A stretch of 64,000 nt of DNA from a virus, in IMG/VR virus record IMGVR_UViG_3300030419_005541, positions 1 through 64,000 of that record. One strand, given 5' to 3'. This document shows, piece by piece, positions 8,405 through 18,572 of the stretch (the first letter of the stretch is position 1; each line of letters opens with the position of its first letter). Under the pieces are notes generated by a model. That model was not told the DNA's origin. It saw only the letters and a list, made by a program, of their open reading frames with translations, and made no database searches. Both the position numbers and the translations under genes were made by a program.

Positions 8405-8860
8405 ATGACTATATTTCATAAAATAGATAGAGACGCTTTCTTATCACCATTCGATAAAGTGTATGACCAAATGATGGAAGCACACTTTCCTGAAGTAGTA
8501 AAACAAGTTGGCGTAAATCCAATGCAAGGTACTGCATATCCAAAAGTTAATGTATACGAATATGAAGACAAGGTAGGTGTAATAGCTGAGATACCTGGTC
8601 TTGATAAGAAACATATCGACATCGAAGTTGAAGATGGCATCCTCACCGTCTCAGGTGACAAGCATGGTTTACCTGAAGATAACGGTGCTAAAGTAATTCG
8701 TAGAGAATTAAAGACCAGCTCTTTCAAGAGGTCGTTCACTCTCGGTGAAGAACTTGATGGCGATAGTATAGATGCTAACTTTAAAGATGGTATCTTATCT
8801 ATATCTATTCCGAAGATAGCTCCAAAAAAGCCAAAGGTTAATAAAGTTAAAATCAAGTGA
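8405..8860 (+). CDS. Small heat-shock protein Hsp20/alpha-crystallin
   Basis: P.VNVYE, AEIPG..K..IDIEVEDGILTVSG, F.RSFTL, ANFKDGILSISIPK. Confidence 0.95.
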   Translation: MTIFHKIDRDAFLSPFDKVYDQMMEAHFPEVVKQVGVNPMQGTAYPKVNVYEYEDKVGVIAEIPGLDKKHIDIEVEDGILTVSGDKHGLPEDNGAKVIRRELKTSSFKRSFTLGEELDGDSIDANFKDGILSISIPKIAPKKPKVNKVKIK

Positions 8861-9033
8861 GACTAATTCCCGTTAACGGAGAATTATATTTGCTTAAAGG
8901 CAAAGTGTCGGTTGATACTAACTTCACTACTGAAGAGTTGAAGAAGCAGTATTCAGCCGACACCGTGCTACGTAATAATAATAAATGGTATTTAGTAGAA
9001 AAAGTAATTGAGGCAGAATGGGAAGACTTGTAA
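8857..9033 (+). CDS. Small hypothetical protein (58 aa, not in track)
   Basis: GTGA overlap with hsp20 stop; MRLIPVNGELYLLKG...EAEWEDL*. Confidence 0.55.
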   Translation: MRLIPVNGELYLLKGKVSVDTNFTTEELKKQYSADTVLRNNNKWYLVEKVIEAEWEDL

Positions 9034-9045
9034 CTATTTATTATT

Positions 9046-9255
9046 ATGAAAGACGGATTTATAACAATCACTAATTTCCTTAGTGAAAATAATATTGATA
9101 ACTTAGAGAAGTTTGTTACTAAACTTCCTGTATTTCCTAAATTCATACAAACTATATTAGCTCATAGACATCAAGATTATTCGTTTAGCAGAGAAGATAT
9201 GGATAGACTTTTTCTGTATTTAATGCGAGATGACGAGAATCAAGCGAGGGCTTAA
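9046..9255 (+). CDS. Hypothetical protein
   Basis: ORF immediately after TATTTAT motif (leaderless). Confidence 0.55.
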   Translation: MKDGFITITNFLSENNIDNLEKFVTKLPVFPKFIQTILAHRHQDYSFSREDMDRLFLYLMRDDENQARA

Positions 9256-9767
9256 TGAATGAGTATGACATACTTCAATTAAAAAAACTAAAAGCAAAGC
9301 AAACATTTTTAGAATCAGTACACGAAGAAAAGAATTATATATTCCAATCTAAAGCAGTACCTATGTTCCATAAAGACTTTGCTGAAATTATTCCAAAACC
9401 TGAACAACAAAAATATAAGAATGAAAAAAAGAAACCACGTAAACTTGTAAATGATGTATTTAAAAAACTTTCTACAAAACTACATCCTGATAGAGGTGGT
9501 GATAAAGAACTATTTCAGAAAGCAAATGAAGCAAAAGAGAATAATAATCTATCAGAATTATTAGACATTGCTAATGAAGTTAATATCAAAATAGAAGATG
9601 ATGTGACTATGATACCAATATTAAAAGAAAAAAATAGTATAGTAGAGAAAACTATAGAGATGATTGATAAAAGTTTAGCGTGGCAATGGTATCATATGGG
9701 TGAAAAAGAGAAGGAACAAGCTTATCCTGTTTTCTTAGAAATATTAAAGAAAGAATTGTCTAAGTAA
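9255..9767 (+). CDS. J-domain-like (HPD) protein
   Basis: FKKLSTKLHPDRGGDKELFQKANEA. Confidence 0.7.
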   Translation: MNEYDILQLKKLKAKQTFLESVHEEKNYIFQSKAVPMFHKDFAEIIPKPEQQKYKNEKKKPRKLVNDVFKKLSTKLHPDRGGDKELFQKANEAKENNNLSELLDIANEVNIKIEDDVTMIPILKEKNSIVEKTIEMIDKSLAWQWYHMGEKEKEQAYPVFLEILKKELSK

Positions 9768-9780
9768 TATTTAATATTAT

Positions 9781-10668
9781 ATGTTAGAATCATTCAAAAA
9801 ATTCCCTGCCTTGGTGGGTGCTTCAGCATTTTTTGTAGCATTCAATGCGGCGTTCTTTTCAATATTCGGATTAAGTAAATTGTTCTCCGGAGCATTTTGG
9901 TCTGTAGTATTGATGGCTACTTCGTTAGAAGTTGGTAAACTTGTTACGGCAAGTTTTGTTTATCAGTATTGGAATAAGATTAGTAATCTAATGAAAACAT
10001 ATTTGATTACTGCTGTAGTCACATTAATACTTATTACATCTATAGGTATCTTTGGATTCTTATCAAATGCTTATCAAGGAGCTACATTAAACTTTACAAA
10101 AGAATCTACAGCACTATTAGCACTTGAAGAAAGATTAGACCAATTAGAAGAAGATAAACAATTTTTAAAAGAAGAATTAGATGCTCAGGTACAAGACTTA
10201 CCTGATAACTATCGTACTGCTCGTAGAAAATTACGTGAACAATATAATCCTATGATACAAGATGTATCTAAAAAGATTATAGATATGAAACAAGAAATAG
10301 CTGATGTAGAAATTGGTCTTGTACAAACAGGAGTTGATGTAGGACCAGCAATATTTGTAGCAAAAGTTTTTGGCACGGATGTAGATACCGTTGTCACTTG
10401 GTTGATTTTTATTTTTATATTTGTCTTTGACCCATTAGCAGTTGTGCTAACAATCGGTTTTAATATTGCATTAGGTACTCGTGAGATGGAAATGTATATT
10501 AAAGAAGAGGAAGAAGAGGAATCAACATCTGTTGAAATAGAACCTGACGTAGATGATATACCTGATATTGGAGAGGATAAGTCTGATGTACACGTTCCAT
10601 CTTCCTATGATGTAGTTGAGAAAGTAAAAGGAATATTTACAGGAAAAGACGGACACAAAATAAACTAA
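9781..10668 (+). CDS. Multi-pass membrane protein with coiled coil
   Basis: Three N-terminal TMs, SLEVGKLV, coiled coil, FIFVFDPLAV TM. Confidence 0.75.
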   Translation: MLESFKKFPALVGASAFFVAFNAAFFSIFGLSKLFSGAFWSVVLMATSLEVGKLVTASFVYQYWNKISNLMKTYLITAVVTLILITSIGIFGFLSNAYQGATLNFTKESTALLALEERLDQLEEDKQFLKEELDAQVQDLPDNYRTARRKLREQYNPMIQDVSKKIIDMKQEIADVEIGLVQTGVDVGPAIFVAKVFGTDVDTVVTWLIFIFIFVFDPLAVVLTIGFNIALGTREMEMYIKEEEEEESTSVEIEPDVDDIPDIGEDKSDVHVPSSYDVVEKVKGIFTGKDGHKIN

Positions 10669-10676
10669 AAAAAAGG

Positions 10677-10705
10677 TTGTCCTGTATTAATATTTTTATT
10701 ATATT
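10677..10705 (+). promoter_or_regulatory. Early promoter TTGTCC-N17-TATATT
   Basis: Motif family member. Confidence 0.65.
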
Positions 10706-10729
10706 CTCGTAAACAAACCAGGAGATGTA

Positions 10730-11305
10730 ATGAATAAAGAATCATTTATGTTGGGCGTTAGTCTAACCTGTTTATGTGTAATGTTAATAGGACCTAAGGT
10801 ACTAAACGTTTCACACACATTATGTGAAACAGAACCGGACACGTTGAAAGTAGAAGTTGTTCAACCAACACCAAACTTTCAATTAGAAGCTCATCAGATA
10901 AGTTCATCATTAAACAAATCAAAACTAAAACATTTACTAATATACACTTATGCTCTTTGTCAAGAGTATGATGTAGATTACAATTTAGTTAAGGCTATAA
11001 TCTCTACAGAATCAAGTTGGAATCATAAGGCAGTATCAAAGAGTGATGCACGTGGTCTTATGCAAATCAAACCACAAACAGCCTTTGCTGAGTTCAAAAC
11101 ACCATCAGGTGATTTATATGACCCTTATGTAAATGTAACATTAGGTGTTATGTATTTATCCAAGTTAACTCATAAGTATAGTATGAATACTTTAGAAAAA
11201 GTATTGACTGCTTATAGTCACGGACCGACAGCTACTAAAGGTTATAGTGGACATTATGTAGCGAGTAACTTTTACGTAAACAAAGTATTGGAGAATTTAA
11301 ATTAA
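10730..11305 (+). CDS. Soluble lytic transglycosylase (SLT) with N-terminal anchor
   Basis: AIISTESSWN, ARGLMQI, DPYVNVTLGVMYL, AYSHG. Confidence 0.9.
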   Translation: MNKESFMLGVSLTCLCVMLIGPKVLNVSHTLCETEPDTLKVEVVQPTPNFQLEAHQISSSLNKSKLKHLLIYTYALCQEYDVDYNLVKAIISTESSWNHKAVSKSDARGLMQIKPQTAFAEFKTPSGDLYDPYVNVTLGVMYLSKLTHKYSMNTLEKVLTAYSHGPTATKGYSGHYVASNFYVNKVLENLN

Positions 11306-11313
11306 AAAACCGG

Positions 11314-11343
11314 TTGACCTGTATAGTAAAAAAGTGCTATATT
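11314..11343 (+). promoter_or_regulatory. Early promoter TTGACC-N18-TATATT
   Basis: Motif family member. Confidence 0.8.
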
Positions 11344-11368
11344 CTGTTATGATTAAAAAGGAGTTATA

Positions 11369-11722
11369 ATGAATAAAATATATGATAGAGATTCATCGAT
11401 TGATTTTTGGGATGCAATCAATGAGTTACTTTCAAACATCAAAAAAGATTATTCTCGTTGGTCTGATTGGGACGAAGGTATCCAAAAATTCAATGAGGGT
11501 ATTGATTTCAAGATTGGTAAGAAATACACTAAGATACTTCAAGGAAGTTCTGTTTGGGGCTTTGTCGCTAATGGTGATGGAGTTCTAAAAGGGATACCTT
11601 ACAAGAAAGGTGATGTGTTCAAAGCCGCAGGTTGGGCTGCTCCCGCTAAATGGGCGAGAGGTAACATCTTTGATTCAAATCAAAATTACTTCAGATGGAC
11701 CGGTCCTGATTATTTAATTTAA
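11369..11722 (+). CDS. Conserved phage early hypothetical protein
   Basis: GKKYTKI...SVWGFV...GDVFKAAGWAAPAK..RGNI pattern typical of T4-like early proteins; strong SD. Confidence 0.75.
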   Translation: MNKIYDRDSSIDFWDAINELLSNIKKDYSRWSDWDEGIQKFNEGIDFKIGKKYTKILQGSSVWGFVANGDGVLKGIPYKKGDVFKAAGWAAPAKWARGNIFDSNQNYFRWTGPDYLI

Positions 11723-11740
11723 CTAATTGGAGAATAGTAA

Positions 11741-12046
11741 ATGAACAATAACATAGTAGATAAGGTCGAGAATCACATCAAAGAGATGTACAGATTCAAT
11801 GACCCTTCAGTAAAAAATATAATGTTAGAAGTGAAAGATTCTAACGTTCCGATGCCTGTAAAGGTTCAATTGGTAACGAAGTTGAGTCAAGCTTCTGATA
11901 AAATAAGTGGAAAGTGGACACCTGCTTCTCAACTGATGAGAGCACCTAAGTTCTCTACGAGACATAGAAAGACTTCGTATAGAGCAAAGTACTCAGGTAA
12001 CTTCAGTGGTGGCGGTCCGGGCTCTGCTAAAAATACGAGGCAGTAA
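11741..12046 (+). CDS. Hypothetical protein
   Basis: SD GGAG, 101 aa. Confidence 0.6.
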   Translation: MNNNIVDKVENHIKEMYRFNDPSVKNIMLEVKDSNVPMPVKVQLVTKLSQASDKISGKWTPASQLMRAPKFSTRHRKTSYRAKYSGNFSGGGPGSAKNTRQ

Positions 12047-12249
12047 TGACTATAAATGAGTTAATAGAAAAACTTGAAGACATCGAAGGCACAGCAGGAG
12101 ATGCTTACTCTTGTTGTCCTGAAGGTGATATAGGTACAGACACATCAGATACTATGTACTATATTAATCACGTTCAAGATGAACTTGAAAAGTTGGTAAT
12201 AGAATTAAAAAAAGATAAGTATCAACTGACTAATGATGCAGGTTCTTGA
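12046..12249 (+). CDS. Hypothetical protein
   Basis: TAATG-coupled ORF. Confidence 0.55.
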   Translation: MTINELIEKLEDIEGTAGDAYSCCPEGDIGTDTSDTMYYINHVQDELEKLVIELKKDKYQLTNDAGS

Positions 12250-12631
12250 TGTCTGTATAAATTACGGATGTAACAATAAGAGAGCATCAAGTGGTGCGAA
12301 GAGTAAGGGTGATAAACTTCGCCCTTATTGCGGTCGTTGCCATATGGCAGTTCGTGGTAAGACTACATATAAAGAAGGTGTAGTACCTGTAAAGAAAACT
12401 TATTGTGAAAACAAAGATGGTAGATTAGGATTTATATGTGCTACTAAAGGAGCTACATTGTTTTCGTGTATGTTAGATATGGACCACATAGAACCTGAAG
12501 CACAAGGCGGACAAAATGTTCCTGAGAACATACAAACACTTTGTAAGAATTGTCACGCACGTAAATCTTGGGAAGATGGTGATGGTAGAATACAAAGTCC
12601 AAGAAAAAATAGAAAGTTAATCTATAGTTAG
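12233..12631 (+). CDS. HNH endonuclease
   Basis: DMDHIEP...GGQN..ENIQTLCKNCHARK. Confidence 0.85.
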   Translation: MMQVLDVCINYGCNNKRASSGAKSKGDKLRPYCGRCHMAVRGKTTYKEGVVPVKKTYCENKDGRLGFICATKGATLFSCMLDMDHIEPEAQGGQNVPENIQTLCKNCHARKSWEDGDGRIQSPRKNRKLIYS

Positions 12632-12646
12632 ATATTTATATATATA

Positions 12647-13363
12647 ATGTTTTTAAGTGAGATATTACATCCCGTACATCCTCAAAAGTTTCGTGAAGAA
12701 ATATTAGGAAAAAGATATTACTATTGGAGAGCACCTGTAGGTGCAACTGATAGATATCAATCTTTATATTCTTGGCAACGCTTCGAAGATTATTTAAATG
12801 ATTGGCGTAATGCTAATCACGTTCAGTTAGCGGCTATGACATCTGAAGGAAAACCTAAACACGGTCATAAGTGGGATAAAGGTAAAGATGGTACACTTAG
12901 TAAATCAGATGTGTACAATTATTGGAGACACGGACATTCTATAGTTATACCTTTTTGTGAATTTCAATCACAAGAATTATGGACCGTTAATAATACTATT
13001 GAACGTGCTATGCCTTTTGGAAGAGGTTGTGCTAATATGTATTGTTCTTCACGACAAGGTGCAAAAACATTTGAACCACATAGAGATAGTACAGAAAACT
13101 TTTTATTTCATATAGACGGACAGGTTGAATGGACTTTTTATGAAAAGACTAACGACAAAAAGAATTTAAAGAAAAGTAATCAAGTAATATTAGGCACCGG
13201 AGATTTGTTATACATACCAATAGGTATGTGGCACTCGACTAAACCATTAGGACCAAGATTGACAGCGAGTGTACACTTTCAACCTGAACCGGGAAAGGTT
13301 GTTAGAGATAAGATGTATGATTGGTATAGATGGTTTGAGTATCAAAGGGAGATAAAACTATAA
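12647..13363 (+). CDS. JmjC/cupin 2OG oxygenase (ROX-like)
   Basis: ANMY.S, PHRD..ENFLFHIDG, GDLLYIPIGMWH. Confidence 0.85.
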   Translation: MFLSEILHPVHPQKFREEILGKRYYYWRAPVGATDRYQSLYSWQRFEDYLNDWRNANHVQLAAMTSEGKPKHGHKWDKGKDGTLSKSDVYNYWRHGHSIVIPFCEFQSQELWTVNNTIERAMPFGRGCANMYCSSRQGAKTFEPHRDSTENFLFHIDGQVEWTFYEKTNDKKNLKKSNQVILGTGDLLYIPIGMWHSTKPLGPRLTASVHFQPEPGKVVRDKMYDWYRWFEYQREIKL

Positions 13364-14074
13364 ATGAAAATAGATGTATTAGATAAAGGATTTATTGAAG
13401 TAGTAGATTCACTTGGAAATGATTTAACGGTTGTTAATTCTGCTCGTGTATCATTTGGTAAAAGAAAATCTGTATGGTCATCTGCGGATAGAAGGTTGTG
13501 TCACTACTTAGCAAAACATAAACACTACTCACCATTCAGACACTTACAGGTTCAGTTCCACTTAAAGGCACCTGAGTTCGTAATGCGACAATGGTATAAA
13601 CACGTTGTAGGTATTGAGACTACTTCTAATGCTTCAACTAAAGACCACGCTTGGAATGAGATAAGTGGTAGGTATGTTCCTGTAGAAGAATTTTATATAC
13701 CATCTGTTTGGAGAAAACAATCAGAAGATAATAAACAAGCTTCTGAAGGTGAGTTAGATGACCTACAACAGAAACGTATGAATATGACTTACAATGTATT
13801 TATGAATCAAGTTGAAATGGCTTACGATAGAATGATTGAAGCGGGTGTTGCAAAAGAACAAGCAAGAATAATGTTACCACTTTCACAATACACCGAAGTA
13901 TATTGGACAGCATCATTTCAAGCTATTATGAATTTTATTGAGTTACGAAATGAACAAACGTCACAATGGGAGATACAGGAATATGCTAAAGCATTATTGG
14001 AATGTATGTATGATACTTTTCCAAAGATAACTGAGATATGGGCGAAAGCACATGGTTGGGATGAGACAAGATAA
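13364..14074 (+). CDS. thyX: Flavin-dependent thymidylate synthase
   Basis: VNSARVSFG, H.SPF.H, WNEISGRY, KEQARIMLP, NFIELRN...QWEI. Confidence 0.95.
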   Translation: MKIDVLDKGFIEVVDSLGNDLTVVNSARVSFGKRKSVWSSADRRLCHYLAKHKHYSPFRHLQVQFHLKAPEFVMRQWYKHVVGIETTSNASTKDHAWNEISGRYVPVEEFYIPSVWRKQSEDNKQASEGELDDLQQKRMNMTYNVFMNQVEMAYDRMIEAGVAKEQARIMLPLSQYTEVYWTASFQAIMNFIELRNEQTSQWEIQEYAKALLECMYDTFPKITEIWAKAHGWDETR

Positions 14075-14270
14075 AATTTATAACAGACCAAACAACGAAG
14101 TTTTAGTTAAATCTGAAGATAACAAACTTTATATAATCTGTCACAAAAAAGAACAGATGCAAAATGTTATAGATAGAATGACTACAGATAATTGTAAGTT
14201 AACCGAATACGAGGAATGGGATGGACAATATCTTATGACATTTGAAGTAGGAGAAGATATTCCAAATTAA
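14052..14270 (+). CDS. Hypothetical protein
   Basis: Short ORF, start 14052 or 14061. Confidence 0.55.
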   Translation: MVGMRQDKIYNRPNNEVLVKSEDNKLYIICHKKEQMQNVIDRMTTDNCKLTEYEEWDGQYLMTFEVGEDIPN

Positions 14271-14283
14271 TTTAAAAAAACGG

Positions 14284-14313
14284 TTGACACGTATTGGTTT
14301 TTATTACTATATT
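14284..14313 (+). promoter_or_regulatory. Early promoter TTGACA-N18-TATATT
   Basis: Identical core to 34211-34240. Confidence 0.85.
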
Positions 14314-14410
14314 TAAGTGTTATGAGAGAGAAAGGAAAGACATTGAAATCGAGAAAATTTAAAAATAGAAAACAAATGCTTAATTTTTTCAAACAACTAA
14401 AGGAGTCTAA

Positions 14411-14653
14411 ATGACTATAAATGAAATAATTATCGAGGCGTTACACGACCCTGATAATTGGACTGCAGATGGTTCTGTAGATTGGAACTTTATTGATTCT
14501 GATTTATGGCTTCATCCTGAGTCAAAGAAGTTCTCTGATGAAGAGAAGATTTTAGGGTTGGATAATTTTCCTGATGAGTTGATTCCGCAAACGGAATTGA
14601 TTGATGGTGTTCATACACCAATCAATGCTCGTCAGACTCATCCACTACCTTAG
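14411..14653 (+). CDS. Hypothetical protein
   Basis: SD AAGGAG. Confidence 0.65.
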   Translation: MTINEIIIEALHDPDNWTADGSVDWNFIDSDLWLHPESKKFSDEEKILGLDNFPDELIPQTELIDGVHTPINARQTHPLP

Positions 14654-14661
14654 GAGTTAAA

Positions 14662-15045
14662 ATGAAAAGAATATCATTATCTTGGTTGCATATCCTTATA
14701 GTAGCGGTAGCATTTTTATATTCATTTACAAAAGGTCAAGACTATCCGTATATGATACCTGACCCGATACTATTACAGGAACAAGCTAATTCAGTTGAAC
14801 GACCTGAGATTATAGCATATCAGTTAGTACCTGGTAGAGATTTATATTGTCACTTTGAAATACAAATTGTAGAAGCATTTGCTTGGAATAATATACCTGA
14901 GATGCAACGTGAGGAAACAAAAGAAATTGTTATAGATAGAATTGTTTTTGAACATACTAATCCTTGGGCGGTTAATGAAATGTTCTACATAGATGATAAG
15001 GCATATTTCTTAGTACGTGTTCCTTATCAAGGACACGAATGGTAA
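14662..15045 (+). CDS. Hypothetical exported/membrane-anchored protein
   Basis: N-terminal hydrophobic signal; SD TAGGAG. Confidence 0.65.
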   Translation: MKRISLSWLHILIVAVAFLYSFTKGQDYPYMIPDPILLQEQANSVERPEIIAYQLVPGRDLYCHFEIQIVEAFAWNNIPEMQREETKEIVIDRIVFEHTNPWAVNEMFYIDDKAYFLVRVPYQGHEW

Positions 15046-15177
15046 AACTTCAAACGTGTAAACGTTGTAAAAAGAAAGTTCAACATTTAGCAATAACTCA
15101 TTTTCCCCAAACACTCTACACAATATGTTTTGATTGTTTGATTGAGTTAGATATTAATCATAAAGATTATAGTAAGT

Positions 15178-15402
15178 ATGAAAAAAATAAGACATAGTAA
15201 ATTACCAATAACTTTAGAATGTTCTGATATATTAGATTATGATATGTTATATGCAATACAATTAAATCTAATGTATGATGAACAAGATAGTAGAAATGAA
15301 AATCAAGGTTGTTGGAGTGCTTGGATAGATGAATATGGTAATTGGTTCAATCCATATAAACCTAATCCAAATCAATTAGAATTATTTAATGAAAACGGTT
15401 GA
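15178..15402 (+). CDS. Hypothetical protein
   Basis: 74 aa ending in QLELF (clamp-binding-like motif). Confidence 0.5.
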   Translation: MKKIRHSKLPITLECSDILDYDMLYAIQLNLMYDEQDSRNENQGCWSAWIDEYGNWFNPYKPNPNQLELFNENG

Positions 15403-15428
15403 CACGTATTACTTTTTATTGTTATATT
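15399..15428 (+). promoter_or_regulatory. Early promoter TTGACA-N18-TATATT
   Basis: Motif family member. Confidence 0.8.
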
Positions 15429-15450
15429 CAGTAATATTAAAAGGAGTAAA

Positions 15451-15597
15451 ATGAAATTTAAACACATGGATTGGAAAGGCGCTGTTGTATTCTTCAACGG
15501 CTTTATGGCTAAAGTTGTAGACTTTGATGGCGTAGATAAATTTAAAATCTCTATCCACAAAGGATGGATTCACAAAGACCTTATTGTTTGGAGTTAG
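15451..15597 (+). CDS. Small hypothetical protein (48 aa, not in track)
   Basis: SD AAAAGGAG after promoter; MKFKHMDWKGAVVFFNG... Confidence 0.55.
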   Translation: MKFKHMDWKGAVVFFNGFMAKVVDFDGVDKFKISIHKGWIHKDLIVWS

Positions 15598-15598
15598 T

Positions 15599-16105
15599 AT
15601 GAAAAAGACTATTATATTTGACCTTGATGGCACTCTTGCTGACATTGATGTTAGAAGGAGTAAGTCTCTTAAACCTAACGGCAAACTTGATTGGGATATT
15701 TTTGCTGACCCTAAGTCAATACTTGATTGGGATAAACCTAATCTTCCTGTAATCAAGATGGCTCAACTTTTCAAAGCTGACGGATTCAAGATTGTTATTT
15801 TTTCAGGTAGGAACGATAGGGGCTTCTTTGCAACTAAGGATTGGCTCAAGAAACACGATGTTCCTTTCGACCTTCTTGTTCTTAGGCCCGATAAGTTCAA
15901 AGACAAGTCTTGGCCGATTGCTGATGGTAATCCTGCGACAGCAGATATGAGGTTTATGCCTGATGACATTCTCAAGAAGAAGATGCTCGATACTTTCGTA
16001 GATATCAACGATGTCTTTCTTGTTGTGGATGATAGGCAAAAGGTTGTCGATATGTGGAGGAGTCTTGGTCTCAACACTTTTCAAGTCGCACCAGGAGACT
16101 TCTAA
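15599..16105 (+). CDS. HAD phosphatase (PNKP 3'-phosphatase-like)
   Basis: FDLDGTLAD, FSGR, R..PD..LKK, VDDRQKVVDMWR..G. Confidence 0.9.
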   Translation: MKKTIIFDLDGTLADIDVRRSKSLKPNGKLDWDIFADPKSILDWDKPNLPVIKMAQLFKADGFKIVIFSGRNDRGFFATKDWLKKHDVPFDLLVLRPDKFKDKSWPIADGNPATADMRFMPDDILKKKMLDTFVDINDVFLVVDDRQKVVDMWRSLGLNTFQVAPGDF

Positions 16106-16172
16106 TTAATATGCACGGAAAAGCTATCCTTCTTCATTCTCCAAAGGTTATTGTTCCCCGAAGGAGGATAGC

Positions 16173-17102
16173 GTGCAATTAGGTTATGCTTGTATAAATA
16201 TGGAACTTAGTTATCCACCTAAAGGTGTGCAACGAAGAACCACAGGTCGTTCTATGATTAAACGAACATTTGAATCTAAAGGCTTGGACTATGTAAGTGA
16301 ATTATCTTTAAAGAATGCTCGTGACCTACATCATATTATGACGTGGAATGTTCTGAACAATTACAAGTTCTTCCGTATAGGTAGTGACTTGTTTCCTTGG
16401 GCGAGTGAATATAAAATATCTGAACTAAAAGATATTGAACAAATTAAGATGTGGTTACATTCTGCAGGTACGATGGCAAAGACACACGGAGTTAGGTTGA
16501 CATCACATCCCGGACCATTCAATGTATTGGTATCCCCACATCAACACGTAGTAGAAAAATGTGTTGTTGATTTATCTATCCATGGTGACCTATTTGATAT
16601 GATTGGTCTAAGTCGCACACCTTACAACAAGATTAACATACATCTTGGTGGTGTATATGGAGACAAAGAATCTGCTATGGATAGATTCTGTAAGAATTTC
16701 GAACTACTACCTAAGAGTGTAAGTAGTCGCTTAACCGTCGAGAATGACGACAAAGAATCAATGTATTCAGTAAAGGACTTATATTATGGAATCTACAATC
16801 GTATTGGCGTGCCCATCGTGTTCGACTACCATCACCACCGTTTTTGTGATGGCGGGCTTAGTGAACAAGACGCTTTGGAAATGGCTATATCAACTTGGCC
16901 TGAAGGCATCACACCAGCTACTCACTATAGCGAAAGTCGCAGTACCGAACAACTTGACGAATCAATTAGACCTCAGGCCCATTCTGATTATGTCTACAAT
17001 TACATTAATACTTATGGTAATGACATTGATGTTATGGTAGAGGCAAAGAAGAAGGAGTTAGCAGTTGCGAAATATCTTGAGTTACACGGTCAACATAATT
17101 AA
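16173..17102 (+). CDS. uvsE: UV damage endonuclease UvdE
   Basis: LGYACIN, FFRIGSDLFPW, RLTSHPGPF.VL.SP, HLGG.YGDK, ENDD, FDYHHH, HSDY, EAK.KE. Confidence 0.95.
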   Translation: MQLGYACINMELSYPPKGVQRRTTGRSMIKRTFESKGLDYVSELSLKNARDLHHIMTWNVLNNYKFFRIGSDLFPWASEYKISELKDIEQIKMWLHSAGTMAKTHGVRLTSHPGPFNVLVSPHQHVVEKCVVDLSIHGDLFDMIGLSRTPYNKINIHLGGVYGDKESAMDRFCKNFELLPKSVSSRLTVENDDKESMYSVKDLYYGIYNRIGVPIVFDYHHHRFCDGGLSEQDALEMAISTWPEGITPATHYSESRSTEQLDESIRPQAHSDYVYNYINTYGNDIDVMVEAKKKELAVAKYLELHGQHN

Positions 17103-17180
17103 ACAAACTATAATGCTTTGGATGTACAAACGACATTTGAAAAAAAGAATTGAAAAGAATAACTTTGGAAGGAGAGAAGA

Positions 17181-17396
17181 ATGGTAGAAATCAAAAAGAA
17201 TAATACTGAGATTATTCGTATAAAACAAAGTGAGTTCAAAGGAAACAAGTTTATTGATTGTAGAGTATTCTACGAAAAGGATGGTGAATACTTACCTACT
17301 AAAAAAGGTATTGCATTTAGTCCATCAGTAACACAAAAAATAGTAGAGGGAATATTAGAAGTCCACGAAGAAATTAATTGGGATGAATTTAAATAA
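17181..17396 (+). CDS. PC4/p15-like ssDNA-binding protein
   Basis: EFKGNKFIDCRVFYE..GEYLPTKKGI. Confidence 0.85.
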   Translation: MVEIKKNNTEIIRIKQSEFKGNKFIDCRVFYEKDGEYLPTKKGIAFSPSVTQKIVEGILEVHEEINWDEFK

Positions 17397-17693
17397 GGAG
17401 AATATTTATGAAAGAGATAATTAAAAAAGTATTAGATAGACATAAGGATAGTCAAGTCAATATGGCATCAGATGCATTTCGTCAAATGTTAGCAACTGAA
17501 ATAGAAGCAGTGCTATTGAACGAAGGAAGGAAATCAAACAGATGAATAAGTTTATAAAAGTATTAAATGATGTACACGAGTTTATTGTAGGTGGTATAGA
17601 AAAACGACCTGAAAAAGCAAAGATGGGTTTTGTTTCAGAAAAACCAAAACGTAAGTACACACGTAGAAAGCCAACAAGAAGGAAATCTAAAAA

Positions 17694-17954
17694 ATGATTA
17701 TGAAAATACTACGGACAATATGTTGGCCGTTAATAAAATTAAAAGAATGGACAGACCCAAACTATTGGGCTGAACGAGTAGGTGAGAGTAGTGGTCTATA
17801 TGATAAGGCAAGAAACTCTAAAACTCGTCAATGGGTTGATAGTTTAGAAGGTTGGAAATGGTGGGCCTGGCAGATAGTTGGTGGTTTAGTCGGTGTAATT
17901 ATAATCGAGTTCTTACTGAATAAAGTAGGGATGACAATGTTACCTTGGAGATAA
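17694..17954 (+). CDS. Small membrane protein
   Basis: Trp-rich with C-terminal TM. Confidence 0.6.
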   Translation: MIMKILRTICWPLIKLKEWTDPNYWAERVGESSGLYDKARNSKTRQWVDSLEGWKWWAWQIVGGLVGVIIIEFLLNKVGMTMLPWR

Positions 17955-17955
17955 T

Positions 17956-18549
17956 ATGGTATTAGATAGTTTATTAGCAGGTGTAATGTTATTTACATCA
18001 TTCGCCGCAAGAACACCAAACGTTCAACCTAATCCTGATGACTATGAAGTTAGTATTGGATTTAGTCACAAGAATGTTTATGTAAATCGTCAATGGGAAA
18101 GAGAACTTGGTGAGTTTTATATTGATGATTTAGTATGGGCTAAGTTAGAAAATGGTGTTTACTTCAAACCGGAATATATGAACAAGGAAAGTCAAGGTGT
18201 AAAGTATTTCAAAATGGATTGGAGAAATAAATGGAAAGATTGGTCGTATGGATTTACAAGTCGTAATAGCGATGATAATGTTTTCAGTAAAAACTTTGAG
18301 ACATTCTTTTCTTTTGGTATGAGTAAAAAGACAAAGTATTACGATGATAAAGTAGAAGTTGATATTTCATTTGATGGATACTTTCCGCCAAGTCAAGAAG
18401 ATGAAAGAGATACATTTGAGTTTGAAGATAAGTTCAAAATATCTTATAAACTTACTGAAAAAATTAGACTATATAATCTTGGAGAAATTTCTAAATTACA
18501 AGGTAAACAATTTTACAAAGCTAAAATTGGAGTGGAGATATCTCTGTAG
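17956..18549 (+). CDS. Putative outer-membrane beta-barrel protein
   Basis: Signal peptide, alternating amphipathic strands, C-terminal strand KAKIGVEISL. Confidence 0.55.
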   Translation: MVLDSLLAGVMLFTSFAARTPNVQPNPDDYEVSIGFSHKNVYVNRQWERELGEFYIDDLVWAKLENGVYFKPEYMNKESQGVKYFKMDWRNKWKDWSYGFTSRNSDDNVFSKNFETFFSFGMSKKTKYYDDKVEVDISFDGYFPPSQEDERDTFEFEDKFKISYKLTEKIRLYNLGEISKLQGKQFYKAKIGVEISL

Positions 18550-18572
18550 AAAAAATAATTGATGAGGTACTT

